Positions 7,417-15,852 of a DNA stretch of 20,374 nucleotides are shown piece by piece. The stretch spans positions 1 to 20,374 of the forward strand of contig CAVYRJ010000002.1 of NCBI GenBank assembly GCA_963770935.1, given 5' to 3'. The first letter of the stretch is position 1. Every line of letters starts with the position of its first letter. Source of the DNA: Candidatus Bathyarchaeota archaeon (GTDB lineage Archaea; Thermoproteota; Bathyarchaeia; Bathyarchaeales; Bathycorpusculaceae). Under the pieces are notes generated by a model, which did no database searches, was not told the origin of the DNA, and saw nothing but the letters and a program-made list of their open reading frames with translations. Both the position numbers and the translations under genes were made by a program.

Positions 7417-8070
7417 TTACTTCACCCAGTCCACTTGAGTAATCAAATTATAAGTCTTCCGCATTCCATCGAAGATTGCGCATGCATAGGATGGAACAGT
7501 CCTTGTTGAACCGTAACTTCTCATCCAAAGGTCTTTGACGCCTGCTAAGCCTAAGATGACTTTGGCAACTTCGCTTGAAACTAAGCCTAAGCCTCTGGGA
7601 CCAGGAACGATTACTACTCGGACGCCGCCACATTTGCCTTCCACTTCGAAGGGAACTGAATGTGGTTTACCGCAGCCGCATTCCCAGCTTCCACATCCAC
7701 GTTTAACAGGGATAATATTTAGGCGGGCGTTAACTGCGGCTTTTTCGATGGCGTTTCTCACTTGGCTGGCTTTGCCGCTGCCTAAGCCGACATAACCGTC
7801 GCGGTTTCCGACAGCAACGATAGCTTTAAAGCGGGATTTTTCGCCTGCGTCAGTTTGTTTCTGAACTAAGTTAACGTTTATAACTTCTTCTTGCAGGTCA
7901 GGAATCAAAGAGTCAACGATTTGGGACTCAGATATTTTTATGCCACTTAGGAAAACGTCTTCAATGCTGGTTATTTTGCCTTCCTGAATCATCTTGCCCA
8001 ACCTGGTTTTTGGAATCCAAGCTTCTAAGTTAGTTGTACGTTTTTCTCTTTCGTTTCGGTTTCGACTCAT
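7417..8070 (-). CDS. rps5: 30S ribosomal protein uS5
   Basis: WIPKTRLGKMI, VQKQTDAGEKSRFKA, RGCGSWECGC, PGPRGLGLV. Confidence 0.98.
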   Translation of the reverse strand: MSRNRNEREKRTTNLEAWIPKTRLGKMIQEGKITSIEDVFLSGIKISESQIVDSLIPDLQEEVINVNLVQKQTDAGEKSRFKAIVAVGNRDGYVGLGSGKASQVRNAIEKAAVNARLNIIPVKRGCGSWECGCGKPHSVPFEVEGKCGGVRVVIVPGPRGLGLVSSEVAKVILGLAGVKDLWMRSYGSTRTVPSYACAIFDGMRKTYNLITQVDWVK

Positions 8071-8999
8071 GCTTTCTTTCCACCTTTCTTAGTAACCTTT
8101 TCTTTGGGTGCTTTGTCTGTTGATGTTTTGGATTCAGCTTCATTTGCTGGCTTAGGAGCTTTTTCTTTGGGTGCTTTTGCCTTTGGCGCCTTCTCTTTGG
8201 CTACTGCCTTTGCTTTTGGAGCCTTCTCTTTAGGGGCTTTCTCTTCGGGTGCTTTTGGCGCAGTTTTTCTTTTAGCAGGTGTTACTTCTGCCGGTTTTTC
8301 TTCTTCAGCCTTAGCTGGAGCTTTTTCTTTGGGTGCTGCTTCGACTGCTATTTTGGGAGCCTTCTCTTTTGTGGCAGCTTTCGGTTTGGCGGCTTCTACG
8401 GGTAATTTTGCGCTTTTTGTTCCAGCCATTATGTCAGCCTTAACTTTCGTGAAGTGTTCAGTGATTTTTTCTGGAGCAACATCTTGTGCGGTGTACTGTG
8501 AGAATTTGGCGGTGTACTCTTTTGAGCCTGCGCCCAAGCTTTTCGCGTATTTGGCTATGTGTTCCCCTTTCATGCGTTCCTTAACGATTTTGTCTTCACT
8601 GTGAGGAACCTCAACGCCTGCGTCTACAACTCCACTTAAGACGGCGAAGATTTTTGAGCCTTTAGTGGGAGAACCCAAACCGATGTCAAGAATTGCTTCT
8701 TCGATGCCTGAAGCTTTCGCCTTCAAACCGCAAAGCAACCCTGTCAGGTAGGCTGCGGGGATGTTGCCTGTTGGAGCTCTCCAACCGTATGACTTAATTA
8801 GCTCACGGCTATTGGCTGATGCTAAAACCATGTCTCCGTGGGGCTTAGCGTTAATTATTTGCACTTCAACATTCTTGATGGATGCCCTTGTGACAAGTCG
8901 TGGCTTTCTGGAAGTAACCAAAGCCTTACGTGCTTGGTAATCGGTCTTTCCTTCGCGTCTGCGTCGTAGTTTTACTCGGTAACTTGCATTTTTCGCCAT
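8067..8999 (-). CDS. rpl18: 50S ribosomal protein uL18 with ~118-aa K/A/P/E-rich C-terminal extension
   Basis: RRRREGKTDYQAR, PRLVTR, GNIPAAYLTGLL, AILDIGL, GEHIAKYA. The core ends near residue 192. Confidence 0.97.
   Translation of the reverse strand: MAKNASYRVKLRRRREGKTDYQARKALVTSRKPRLVTRASIKNVEVQIINAKPHGDMVLASANSRELIKSYGWRAPTGNIPAAYLTGLLCGLKAKASGIEEAILDIGLGSPTKGSKIFAVLSGVVDAGVEVPHSEDKIVKERMKGEHIAKYAKSLGAGSKEYTAKFSQYTAQDVAPEKITEHFTKVKADIMAGTKSAKLPVEAAKPKAATKEKAPKIAVEAAPKEKAPAKAEEEKPAEVTPAKRKTAPKAPEEKAPKEKAPKAKAVAKEKAPKAKAPKEKAPKPANEAESKTSTDKAPKEKVTKKGGKKA
8094..8372 (-). repeat. Degenerate coding repeat (K/E/D)EKAPK-like in uL18 tail
   Basis: EKAP occurs six times plus one DKAP in the tail, with synonymous variation between DNA copies. 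Confidence 0.7.
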
Positions 9000-9456
9000 C
9001 TATCGTTTCCTCCATAAATCATGAGCTTTCAAATTACGCTCTAAATCAGCAATAGACTCAAATCTTCCGCTACCCGCCATCCTGTAGTATTGGGTGTAGG
9101 TGGTTTCAGCTTATGACTTTTCTTGCCTTCAAATCACGAAGCTTGCGTCTTAGAGAACGGATTTTTATCATCCAAGCTTCTTTCTGGGTAACTTTTGCGT
9201 AGCCAGCGCCTTTTAGGCTTCCTGGACCACTACGTCTGCCCTTAAGCTTTTTTGCTCGAATAACCTTTGCACGGGATCTGCTTACGCCTTGCTCGGGCAA
9301 CGAAACAATGATTTTTTCGTGAATTAGCTTTCTGACTTCTTCACGCGTAATCGCGCCTTCAACATCATTCATGCGTTCAGGATTAATCCAAACACGGTTT
9401 TTCCCAATCTTCAAGATTTGAGCTGCTAAACGTCTTTGTCCAGCTAAGTCAGTCAT
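9000..9456 (-). CDS. rpl19e: 50S ribosomal protein eL19, one apparent frameshift at ~9111
   Basis: QRRLAAQILKIGKNRVWI, AITREEVRKLI, GRRSGPGSLKG, W..KIR.LRR.L. Removing one A (ATAA to ATA) continues AETTYTQYYRMAGSGRFESIADLERNLKAHDLWRKR*, ending directly before the uL18 ATG (151 aa). Confidence 0.95.
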
Positions 9457-10016
9457 TGTTTCTTCTCTCCCTTCTTGGTTTTAGGTTTAGTTTGTTTAGG
9501 GGCTTTCTTTTTTGTTTCTTTCTTTGGCTTCTTCTCTGTCTTTTGGAGCTTTCTGCTCTTTGACTTCTGCCTCTGGCGCTTCGCCCTCAGCTTCTTCGGT
9601 TTTTTCTCAGCAGTTTCCTTGGAAACTTTGAGGTTTAAGATTTTAATGTTGATTTTTTTGGCTTCCGCAATGATTTCGGCGCGTTTTCGTTTGCCGACTG
9701 TGTGTGCTATGCGTGCAGCTTGAGTGTTAGGATCAATAGTTGACAGACCTTCTACGTTGAAAACTATGACTTCGCGGTATCCGGATGGGTGAAGAAAACG
9801 AGCGATTTTTGGTCCTTTGTAACCCATACTGGGTCCTGGTGGCCAACCTTTGATTTTCCGGCGGATCTTGTTGTCTAATCCGCGGGGTTTTCTCCAGCTT
9901 AAACTGAAGCGGTCGTATTTCCAGCTCTCTGCCCGTACAAATTTTGGTTTCTTATTTTTGGCGCGCGCTCTAAGTTTGAGCGCTTCGCGTGATGGGGAGA
10001 TTTTCTTTTCGGTCAT
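9453..10016 (-). CDS. rpl32e: 50S ribosomal protein eL32 with ~57-aa charged C-terminal extension
   Basis: KPKFVRAESW, WRKPRGLDNKIR, GYKGPK..RFLHPSG, IAHTVGKRKR..I. Confidence 0.97.
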   Translation of the reverse strand: MTEKKISPSREALKLRARAKNKKPKFVRAESWKYDRFSLSWRKPRGLDNKIRRKIKGWPPGPSMGYKGPKIARFLHPSGYREVIVFNVEGLSTIDPNTQAARIAHTVGKRKRAEIIAEAKKINIKILNLKVSKETAEKKPKKLRAKRQRQKSKSRKLQKTEKKPKKETKKKAPKQTKPKTKKGEKKQ

Positions 10017-10562
10017 TATGCCATTCCTTCGTTTCTTTCATACACGTATATGCCGTCAAGGAAAACACGAGGGTCCTTGTTTCGGACACGTGTAGCCTGT
10101 TCGATGTTGGCGGCGGTTTGGCTGACTTCTTCCAAGTTTGCGCCTTCAACAATTATGTCGTCAGGTTCAATTTTCACTTTGACGTTGCCGATTAATTTTA
10201 TTCTGCGGGGTCTACGTTCGCCAGTAAAGTTTTCAATCAAGACCGATTTATCTTGAAGTTTTACTGAGATGGGAAAGTGCGAGAAGACTATTTTGAGTTT
10301 ATATTGATAACCTTTTGTTACGCCAGTAATCATGTTTTGGATGTGTGAGTATATTGTGCCTACGAGGGCAGCTTCCTTTTTGCGTGGCCACTTTGCCCAA
10401 ATGCGAACATTTTTGCCTTCGCCTTCAATTGCTATTGGAGCAAACGAGAAGTCGCGCGTTAACGTTCCTTTGTTCGCCTTTAACGCTGATTTTTTTGCCA
10501 TCTAGACTTAGGTTTACTTCTTCTGGAACTTGAACAGTTTTAGATATTTCTGGAAGCCGCAT
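10016..10562 (-). CDS. rpl6: 50S ribosomal protein uL6, one apparent frameshift at ~10473
   Basis: ATG 10562 gives MRLPEISKTVQVPEEVNLSLDGKKISVKG. After removing one base it continues KGTLTRDF...NMITGVTKGYQYKL...SHFPISV...NFTGERRPR...KDPRVFLDGIYVYE (181 aa). Confidence 0.95.
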
Positions 10563-10575
10563 AAATTACACTCCT

Positions 10576-10959
10576 TTAATACACGAAGGCTAAGAGCCTT
10601 CCTCCAAGGTTTTTTTCTTCAGCGTCTTTGTGGGCTATTACACCTTTGGAAGTTGAAACAACCATTATGCCAACGTCTCTGGAAGGGAGGAACTTCTTTT
10701 CCCAGTCTTCGAATTCTGTGGATTTTACTGAGAATCTTGGTTTAACTGGACCGCACTTGTTTATTCTGCCAAGTAGTTGAACTTTGAATTTCCCCGAGCG
10801 TCCATCGTCGATGAATTCGAATTCTCCGATGTAACCGTTAAGTTGCATGATGCGTAGGACGCGTCCCAAAAGTTTAGAGGCGGGGCTAATTATGCATTCA
10901 CGCTTGTTGCGTGTTTCGTTGTTTTTGATGGTTATCAAACCATTTGTTAAAGTGTCCAT
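10576..10959 (-). CDS. rps8: 30S ribosomal protein uS8
   Basis: PASKLL..VL.IMQ..GYIGEFEFIDDGRSGK, LLGRINKCG, LP..D.G...VSTSKG, GGRLLAFVY. Confidence 0.98.
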   Translation of the reverse strand: MDTLTNGLITIKNNETRNKRECIISPASKLLGRVLRIMQLNGYIGEFEFIDDGRSGKFKVQLLGRINKCGPVKPRFSVKSTEFEDWEKKFLPSRDVGIMVVSTSKGVIAHKDAEEKNLGGRLLAFVY

Positions 10960-10975
10960 TGTTTTTCTTTAGCTC

Positions 10976-11140
10976 CTACTCATATTTTTTGAACCCTAAT
11001 TTTGGGGCTGCTTCTCTAAAGCATGTTCTACATAGATATAAATTGTAACGTCGGATGACTGGTCCATACGAGCCACATCTAACACATGGACGTGAACCTT
11101 TGCCGTATTTTCGTACTTTCTTAACTTGCTCTTTTCCCAT
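10976..11140 (-). CDS. rps14: 30S ribosomal protein uS14 (zinc-binding type), 54 aa, absent from ORF track
   Basis: Manual translation [54 protein letters not shown]. Two CxxC motifs; lies between uL5 and uS8. Confidence 0.97.
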   Translation of the reverse strand: MGKEQVKKVRKYGKGSRPCVRCGSYGPVIRRYNLYLCRTCFREAAPKLGFKKYE

Positions 11141-11156
11141 ATATTCACTCTCTAGT

Positions 11157-11696
11157 TTAGACGATTTCGACTCCTAAGGTTTGTTTAATAAATGCGATTG
11201 ATTCTTCAGGTGTTAGCAAGTGCTTTGGACCTATTGACTTGTTCTGTTTTCTTCGAATTTTTATTCTTTGTCCAGGGCGATTAACTGTGACGCAGACATC
11301 CATACCGAAGATGCCGACTTCAGGGTCATATTTTACACCGGGGATTTCAATGTGCTCTTTCAGACCGAAGGCAAAGTTCCCGCGTTCATCGAATGCACGC
11401 TTTTGAACTTTGTTTTCCACCACTGGCAAGATCTTTTTGAGGAAGTCAATAGCTTTTTGCCTTCGTAAAGTTACGACGACAGCGATTGACTCGCCTTCGC
11501 GAATACCGAAATCCCGGATTGTTTTTTTGGCTTTTCGCTTTATAGGTGTTTGACCAGTGATTTCTGCGAGGACCCCATTTGCTTTTTCCAGTGGTTCGCC
11601 TGATTTGCCTACGTTTAGGTTTACAACGACCTTTTCGATGCGTGGTATACGCATTGGATGCTCTTCCCAAGATTTAACGAAGGCTTCCTCAGACAT
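11157..11696 (-). CDS. rpl5: 50S ribosomal protein uL5
   Basis: [55 protein letters not shown]. Confidence 0.98.
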   Translation of the reverse strand: MSEEAFVKSWEEHPMRIPRIEKVVVNLNVGKSGEPLEKANGVLAEITGQTPIKRKAKKTIRDFGIREGESIAVVVTLRRQKAIDFLKKILPVVENKVQKRAFDERGNFAFGLKEHIEIPGVKYDPEVGIFGMDVCVTVNRPGQRIKIRRKQNKSIGPKHLLTPEESIAFIKQTLGVEIV

Positions 11697-12453
11697 TTGC
11701 GGATACCTCCAATGTATTTACAAGTGGGGCAACTTCACCTAATGAGAAGACAAAGTCAAGAATTGTTTGGTAGCGTTTCCCTTGCGAGTCTTCAATCATT
11801 ACAAGAGCTTGTCTACGTTTCTTAGCTTCAGTTTTCTCGATCTCGACGATTTTGCCTTGTCTGCCGATGTTTTTGCCGCCGGTAATGACTGCGATGTTGC
11901 CTTCTTTAGTTTTCAGGGTCTGCGTGACGGTTTTTTCTGGATATATTACTTTGAGTATGTCGAATGTTTCATAGGTTACTTCGGTGGGGTTTTTGTGGTC
12001 AGCGACTTTAACTAATATGTTTGAGCCGTCGTGTAATGCAATTTGGACACCGTTATGGACGGTTGATTTGCTTTCAACTCGAAGTAAAGATGTGTTGGAT
12101 TCCTCTTTGCTGATTGGTGCTAAGTACAATCCTTTGTGTGAAGGCATGATGCGGTAGTATTGGTTACTTTCGGGCATTGCTACAATGTCCATTAAGCCGA
12201 CTGGAACATCATCTTTTTTGTAGACTTTCCCGTTGACTATGACTTTACCCTGCGTGAGGATTAGTTTGCCTTCTTTACGGGTTTGTGCAACACCTAACAT
12301 GTCACGTAGAACCAATGTTAGGGGTAAGCATTTTTCAAGTGAATGTGAACCCGACGAGGGCTTCACTACCCACGGCAACTCTTTTCTGTGAATTGGCCAG
12401 AACGCTGGAGCTGGCTTACGTTTCAGCCTTGCAGTTTTTCCTTTTTTACCCAT
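11689..12453 (-). CDS. rps4e: 30S ribosomal protein eS4
   Basis: LKRKPAPAFWPIHRK, LPL.LVLRD.L, PVGLMDIV, LHDGSN, ITGGKNIGRQGKI. Confidence 0.97.
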   Translation of the reverse strand: MGKKGKTARLKRKPAPAFWPIHRKELPWVVKPSSGSHSLEKCLPLTLVLRDMLGVAQTRKEGKLILTQGKVIVNGKVYKKDDVPVGLMDIVAMPESNQYYRIMPSHKGLYLAPISKEESNTSLLRVESKSTVHNGVQIALHDGSNILVKVADHKNPTEVTYETFDILKVIYPEKTVTQTLKTKEGNIAVITGGKNIGRQGKIVEIEKTEAKKRRQALVMIEDSQGKRYQTILDFVFSLGEVAPLVNTLEVSANV

Positions 12454-12455
12454 TT

Positions 12456-13220
12456 TTATTGTCCTCCTTTTTTAGAGGTTTTTTTAGCTCGCGGTTTTGG
12501 TGCGGCTTCTTTTTCCTCTGTCTTTTTTACGCCTGGTGCCTTCTTTGCTGTTGCTGTAGGCTTTACTGCTTTTTTGGCAACTGCTTTCTCTTCTTTAGCT
12601 GGGGCATCTTGTTTTTTTGCTGTTGCTGGTGCTGCTTTCTTTGAAGCAGGTTTCTTGGCATCTGCTTTCGGTGTCATTTCTGATATTTCTTCTGCTGGCG
12701 CTTGCTCTTTTGCAACTTCAGGCGCCGCTTCTTCTTCAACTGATGTGACTTCTTCGGGTTTATCTTGTTTGACCTTTTCAACTTTAGCTGGAGCCTTTTC
12801 GACTTTCTTTGCAAGCTTAGCTTTTGGTTTTTCTTTAGCTGGCTTTTCTATAGCTTTCTTTCGGTCAAGGATTTCTTTTCGCCATTTATCGTCTAAGTTG
12901 AGGCTTCGTATCTCAACTTTGGATGGATGAATAGGAAGGAAGATGTTTGTTCCATCAACTTTTTCCCGAGTTAATCCTTCAATATAAATTCTGTATGCTT
13001 TTAGGTCAACGCGTGAAATTTTGCCTTCAAATCCTTTGTTGTCTCCACGTTTGATGAGGATTGTGTCGCCTCTTCTTACTGGAAGAGTCTTTGCGCCTTT
13101 TGAAGCAGAAAGCTCACGTGATAGTGGTGCGGACATGAGTTTGTGGCGTATGTGAGCAGGAGCGTTGAAAAGCATTTTTCTTTGTTTACCCGGGTTCTTA
13201 ACTCGTTTTGTATCTTGCAT
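12456..13220 (-). CDS. rpl24: 50S ribosomal protein uL24 with ~130-aa K/A/P/E-rich C-terminal extension
   Basis: PGKQRK.LFNAP.H, MSAPLSREL, PVRRGDT..I.RG..KG.EGKI (KOW), PIHPSKV. ATG 13220, preceded by AGGTG, is preferred over GTG 13238. Confidence 0.96.
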   Translation of the reverse strand: MQDTKRVKNPGKQRKMLFNAPAHIRHKLMSAPLSRELSASKGAKTLPVRRGDTILIKRGDNKGFEGKISRVDLKAYRIYIEGLTREKVDGTNIFLPIHPSKVEIRSLNLDDKWRKEILDRKKAIEKPAKEKPKAKLAKKVEKAPAKVEKVKQDKPEEVTSVEEEAAPEVAKEQAPAEEISEMTPKADAKKPASKKAAPATAKKQDAPAKEEKAVAKKAVKPTATAKKAPGVKKTEEKEAAPKPRAKKTSKKGGQ

Positions 13221-13230
13221 TATCTTACAC

Positions 13231-13674
13231 CTACACAATTATACTTGAGGCACTTGCGATTCTTGGCCATCTCTCAGCTGCCTCTCTTGCGACTGGACCG
13301 CGAATTTCCGAACCCTTCATTTCACCATCGGGAGTAATGATTACCGCGGCGTTATCTTCAAATTGAACCCAAACGCCGTCGACACGCCTGAAGCATTTTC
13401 TTTGGCGTACGATTACAGCTTGGAAAATCTTTTTGCGCATGTCAGGAGATCCTTGACGTACAGACACTGTGACTTTGTCACCTACTGTGGCTGATGGGTA
13501 CCGTCTAAGTCGACCTTTGTAGCCCATAGCTTGAATCAAACGCAAAACTCTTGCGCCCGTGTTATCGGTACATCTTAGTTCGGAGCCTGCTAAAAGTCCA
13601 CGGCTAATTTTTTGTCCGTGTGAAAGCATTCCTTTCGAAACGAGTGCTCTCTGTTTCGCCTTCGCCGCACACAT
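13231..13674 (-). CDS. rpl14: 50S ribosomal protein uL14
   Basis: CTDNTGAR, RLRRYPSA.VGD, AVIVRQRK..RR.DG....FEDNAAVI, GPVAREAAERWPRIAS. Confidence 0.98.
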   Translation of the reverse strand: MCAAKAKQRALVSKGMLSHGQKISRGLLAGSELRCTDNTGARVLRLIQAMGYKGRLRRYPSATVGDKVTVSVRQGSPDMRKKIFQAVIVRQRKCFRRVDGVWVQFEDNAAVIITPDGEMKGSEIRGPVAREAAERWPRIASASSIIV

Positions 13675-13675
13675 T

Positions 13676-13996
13676 TTACTTTTCCTCTCCTAATTTTTCT
13701 ACAACAACAAACGAAACAGTTTTGCTGACTGGTCGGCACTCTGCAATCTTTACGCGGTCGCCTTCCTTAACGTCGATGCATGGAGGGTTATGTGATGGGA
13801 TGTGACCATGTCGTCTTTCGTAGCGTACAAATTTTGATGAGAATTGAAGGAATTCTCTGTCAACGATAACGGTTTTATCCATCTTTGATGTGTGAACGAT
13901 TCCTTCCAGTACACGTCCGCGGACGGCTAGTGTTCCATGGAATGGACAATTACGGTCGTCACAGGTCTTTTTTGGTTTCTTGAAAGTCATTGACAT
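13676..13996 (-). CDS. rps17: 30S ribosomal protein uS17
   Basis: CDDRNCPFHGTL.VRGR...G, KMDKTV.V, YERR...I..HNPPC, GD.V.IAECRP.SKTVSFVV. Confidence 0.98.
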   Translation of the reverse strand: MSMTFKKPKKTCDDRNCPFHGTLAVRGRVLEGIVHTSKMDKTVIVDREFLQFSSKFVRYERRHGHIPSHNPPCIDVKEGDRVKIAECRPVSKTVSFVVVEKLGEEK

Positions 13997-13997
13997 A

Positions 13998-14279
13998 TTA
14001 CCATAACCTCTTCACTGTTTTCTTTAACCTGTCTTCAGATCTGCCGACCAAAAGCGAACCGTCAACCTCAACTGTTGTTCCGTCTCCGAAACTAAAGTCG
14101 AAAGTTGCCAAGTCTTTTATTACGCTTTTAGGCTGACCCTGATGAATTAGAGTTAAGGTGTTTTTTGTTTCAGCTACCACTGGACCAGCTAGTCCCAGAT
14201 AGCCTGCGTGGACACTTTGGGCGATTTTTGCTTGAGTGCCAATTAACTCGTAGCGGATGATATCTGGAGTTACTTTCAT
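13998..14279 (-). CDS. rnp1: Ribonuclease P protein component 1 (Rpp29/Pop4)
   Basis: I...ELIG, G..G.VV.ETKNTL, K....F.F, V.G..L.GR.EDRLKK; usual slot between uL29 and uS17. Confidence 0.93.
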   Translation of the reverse strand: MKVTPDIIRYELIGTQAKIAQSVHAGYLGLAGPVVAETKNTLTLIHQGQPKSVIKDLATFDFSFGDGTTVEVDGSLLVGRSEDRLKKTVKRLW

Positions 14280-14569
14280 TTGGAGGGGGTCTCCTTAGCG
14301 GGTTTTTTAGCTTTGGGTACTTTGGCTTGTTTTTCAGCTTTCTTTTCTTGTTTTTCCTCTTCAGCTGCTTGCCTGATTCCCAATTTCTTCTCGTTTTGGA
14401 TGGTTAGTATTTGAGCGATAGTTCTACGCAGTTCCCTTATTTTTGTAGGGTTCTCTACAGCGCCACCTGCATTAACCATGGTTCTGAATCGCGCTAGTTC
14501 TACCCGTAAATCAGCAAGTTTTTTTGCGCTATCCTCAGCTGAAAGGGCATTGATTTCTTTTACACGCAT
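14276..14569 (-). CDS. rpl29: 50S ribosomal protein uL29 with ~35-aa charged tail
   Basis: KLADLRVEL, GGAVENPTKIRELRRTIAQILT..NE. Confidence 0.95.
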   Translation of the reverse strand: MRVKEINALSAEDSAKKLADLRVELARFRTMVNAGGAVENPTKIRELRRTIAQILTIQNEKKLGIRQAAEEEKQEKKAEKQAKVPKAKKPAKETPSK

Positions 14570-15312
14570 TACTGTTTTGTCTCCTCAGGTTTTGGTTCAT
14601 CAGTTACTTCTTTTGTTTGCACTTCTGGTTCTGGCTCTGCTTCAGCTTTTGGCTCAACTGGTACTGGTGGTGGTGCAGGTACTGGTTTTGGAACGGTTAC
14701 TTGTTCTTCTTCTAGAGCGGGCTCTACGATTGTTACTTTGTCTGGGAAGTACGCGTCTGGAGGCATGATTTTTACTCGTACTCCGATTATGCCTGGTTTT
14801 AGTTGGATGTGTGCGTCGGCTGTTTTCATGGCTTTTAATGCTGGCTCTCCGACTATTGGGAAGTGACCTGCTTTGAATTTTTCGAAGCGTGCTCGCTCAG
14901 TTGTGAGTTTGCCGCTGATTACTATTTCAGCGCCCAATGCGCCTGCTTCCATAACTTGGTTAAGTGCCCAGAAACCTGCGCGTCTAAAGTGGACTCCTCG
15001 TTCAAGGGCTGAGGCAACGCGGTTTGCAACTACATGGGCATTGAATTCTGGAACTTCGATTTCTGAAACGGAAATTTGTGGATTGGAAACTTTGAAGTTT
15101 TGCTCAAGGGCTGAGGCGAGTTCTTTGATTGTTTCTCCGCCTCTGCCTATAACTAAGCCTGGACGCATAGCATAAACTACCACGTGTGTGCCCAGTGGTG
15201 TCTTGGACAGGTTTACTCCGCCGTATCCTGCGCGTTCAAGCTTTTTCTGTAAAAACTCATCTATTTCTGTTCTTTTCATTGATTCTGTAATAAAACGTTT
15301 AACTATGCTCAT
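14569..15312 (-). CDS. rps3: 30S ribosomal protein uS3 with ~50-aa P/E-rich tail
   Basis: LERAGYGG, TPLGT, RPGLVIGRGG (KH), LERGVHFRRAG, GA.GAEI.ISGKL, LKPGIIGVRVKIMPP. Confidence 0.98.
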   Translation of the reverse strand: MSIVKRFITESMKRTEIDEFLQKKLERAGYGGVNLSKTPLGTHVVVYAMRPGLVIGRGGETIKELASALEQNFKVSNPQISVSEIEVPEFNAHVVANRVASALERGVHFRRAGFWALNQVMEAGALGAEIVISGKLTTERARFEKFKAGHFPIVGEPALKAMKTADAHIQLKPGIIGVRVKIMPPDAYFPDKVTIVEPALEEEQVTVPKPVPAPPPVPVEPKAEAEPEPEVQTKEVTDEPKPEETKQ

Positions 15313-15798
15313 TTATTGCTCTCCTTGGGTCGGTTTCTCTTCTAGAACGATTTCGACGTGTGTTGTTTTATCGAATTTTGGTGAAGCTCTGCCATGTGCT
15401 CTTGGTGTGAAACGCTTAAGTTTGATCCCTTGATAGGCCGCTGCATGCATTATGCGAAGGCGGTCAACGTCTAAGCCTTTGTTTTCTGCGTTGGCTTGGG
15501 CTGCTTCGATAACGTGGAGGATTTGCTCGGCAGCTTTTATGGGAAATCTCCCCACGCATCTGCCATCCATTCCCCCTTTGTGTCCTAGCTTCTTAGTGTA
15601 CCTTGTGTATGGAACAGGTTTTTTCTTGACCAATACGTCTCGCAGAAATTCTTTAGATTGAACAAGATTCATGCCTTTAACAGCTTTGCAAATTTCACGT
15701 GCGGCTTTATGGGATACTTTGAGTTCTCTTCCGCTTGCTTTCGCTGTTTTTTCTGGATTGAGCATTTCTTCAATTATTGAGTATCCCCATTTTGGCAT
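15313..15798 (-). CDS. rpl22: 50S ribosomal protein uL22
   Basis: AKASGRELKVSHKAAREIC, GRFPIKAA, ANAENKGLD, PRAHGRASP....THVEIV. ATG 15798 follows GGAG. Confidence 0.97.
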   Translation of the reverse strand: MPKWGYSIIEEMLNPEKTAKASGRELKVSHKAAREICKAVKGMNLVQSKEFLRDVLVKKKPVPYTRYTKKLGHKGGMDGRCVGRFPIKAAEQILHVIEAAQANAENKGLDVDRLRIMHAAAYQGIKLKRFTPRAHGRASPKFDKTTHVEIVLEEKPTQGEQ

Positions 15799-15836
15799 TA
15801 TAATTTCTCCAGTGCGCATTCAAACACGTAAAAGCA

Positions 15837-15852
15837 ATTTATATGGCTTTCC
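15837..15852 (-). promoter_or_regulatory. Putative BRE-TATA promoter of the ribosomal protein operon
   Basis: The minus strand reads GGAAAGCCATATAAAT ~40 nt upstream of the uL22 ATG. Confidence 0.45.

Noticed and set aside
8104-8604. Hydrophobic repetitive plus-strand ORF (GAFSLGAF...) resembling a membrane protein
   Set aside because: It is the antisense mirror of the KEKAPK repeats in uL18; K/E/A/P codons give F/S/A/G and few stops on the opposite strand.
9000-10562. Programmed ribosomal frameshifting in eL19 and uL6
   Set aside because: No shared slippery heptamer or stimulatory structure is evident, and indels are scattered over unrelated genes, which fits sequencing error.
12285-12930. 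Plus-strand F/C/A-rich ORFs (12285..12644, 12388..12930)
   Set aside because: Antisense mirrors of the uL24 low-complexity tail; the Cys runs come from GCA/ACA codons read in reverse.
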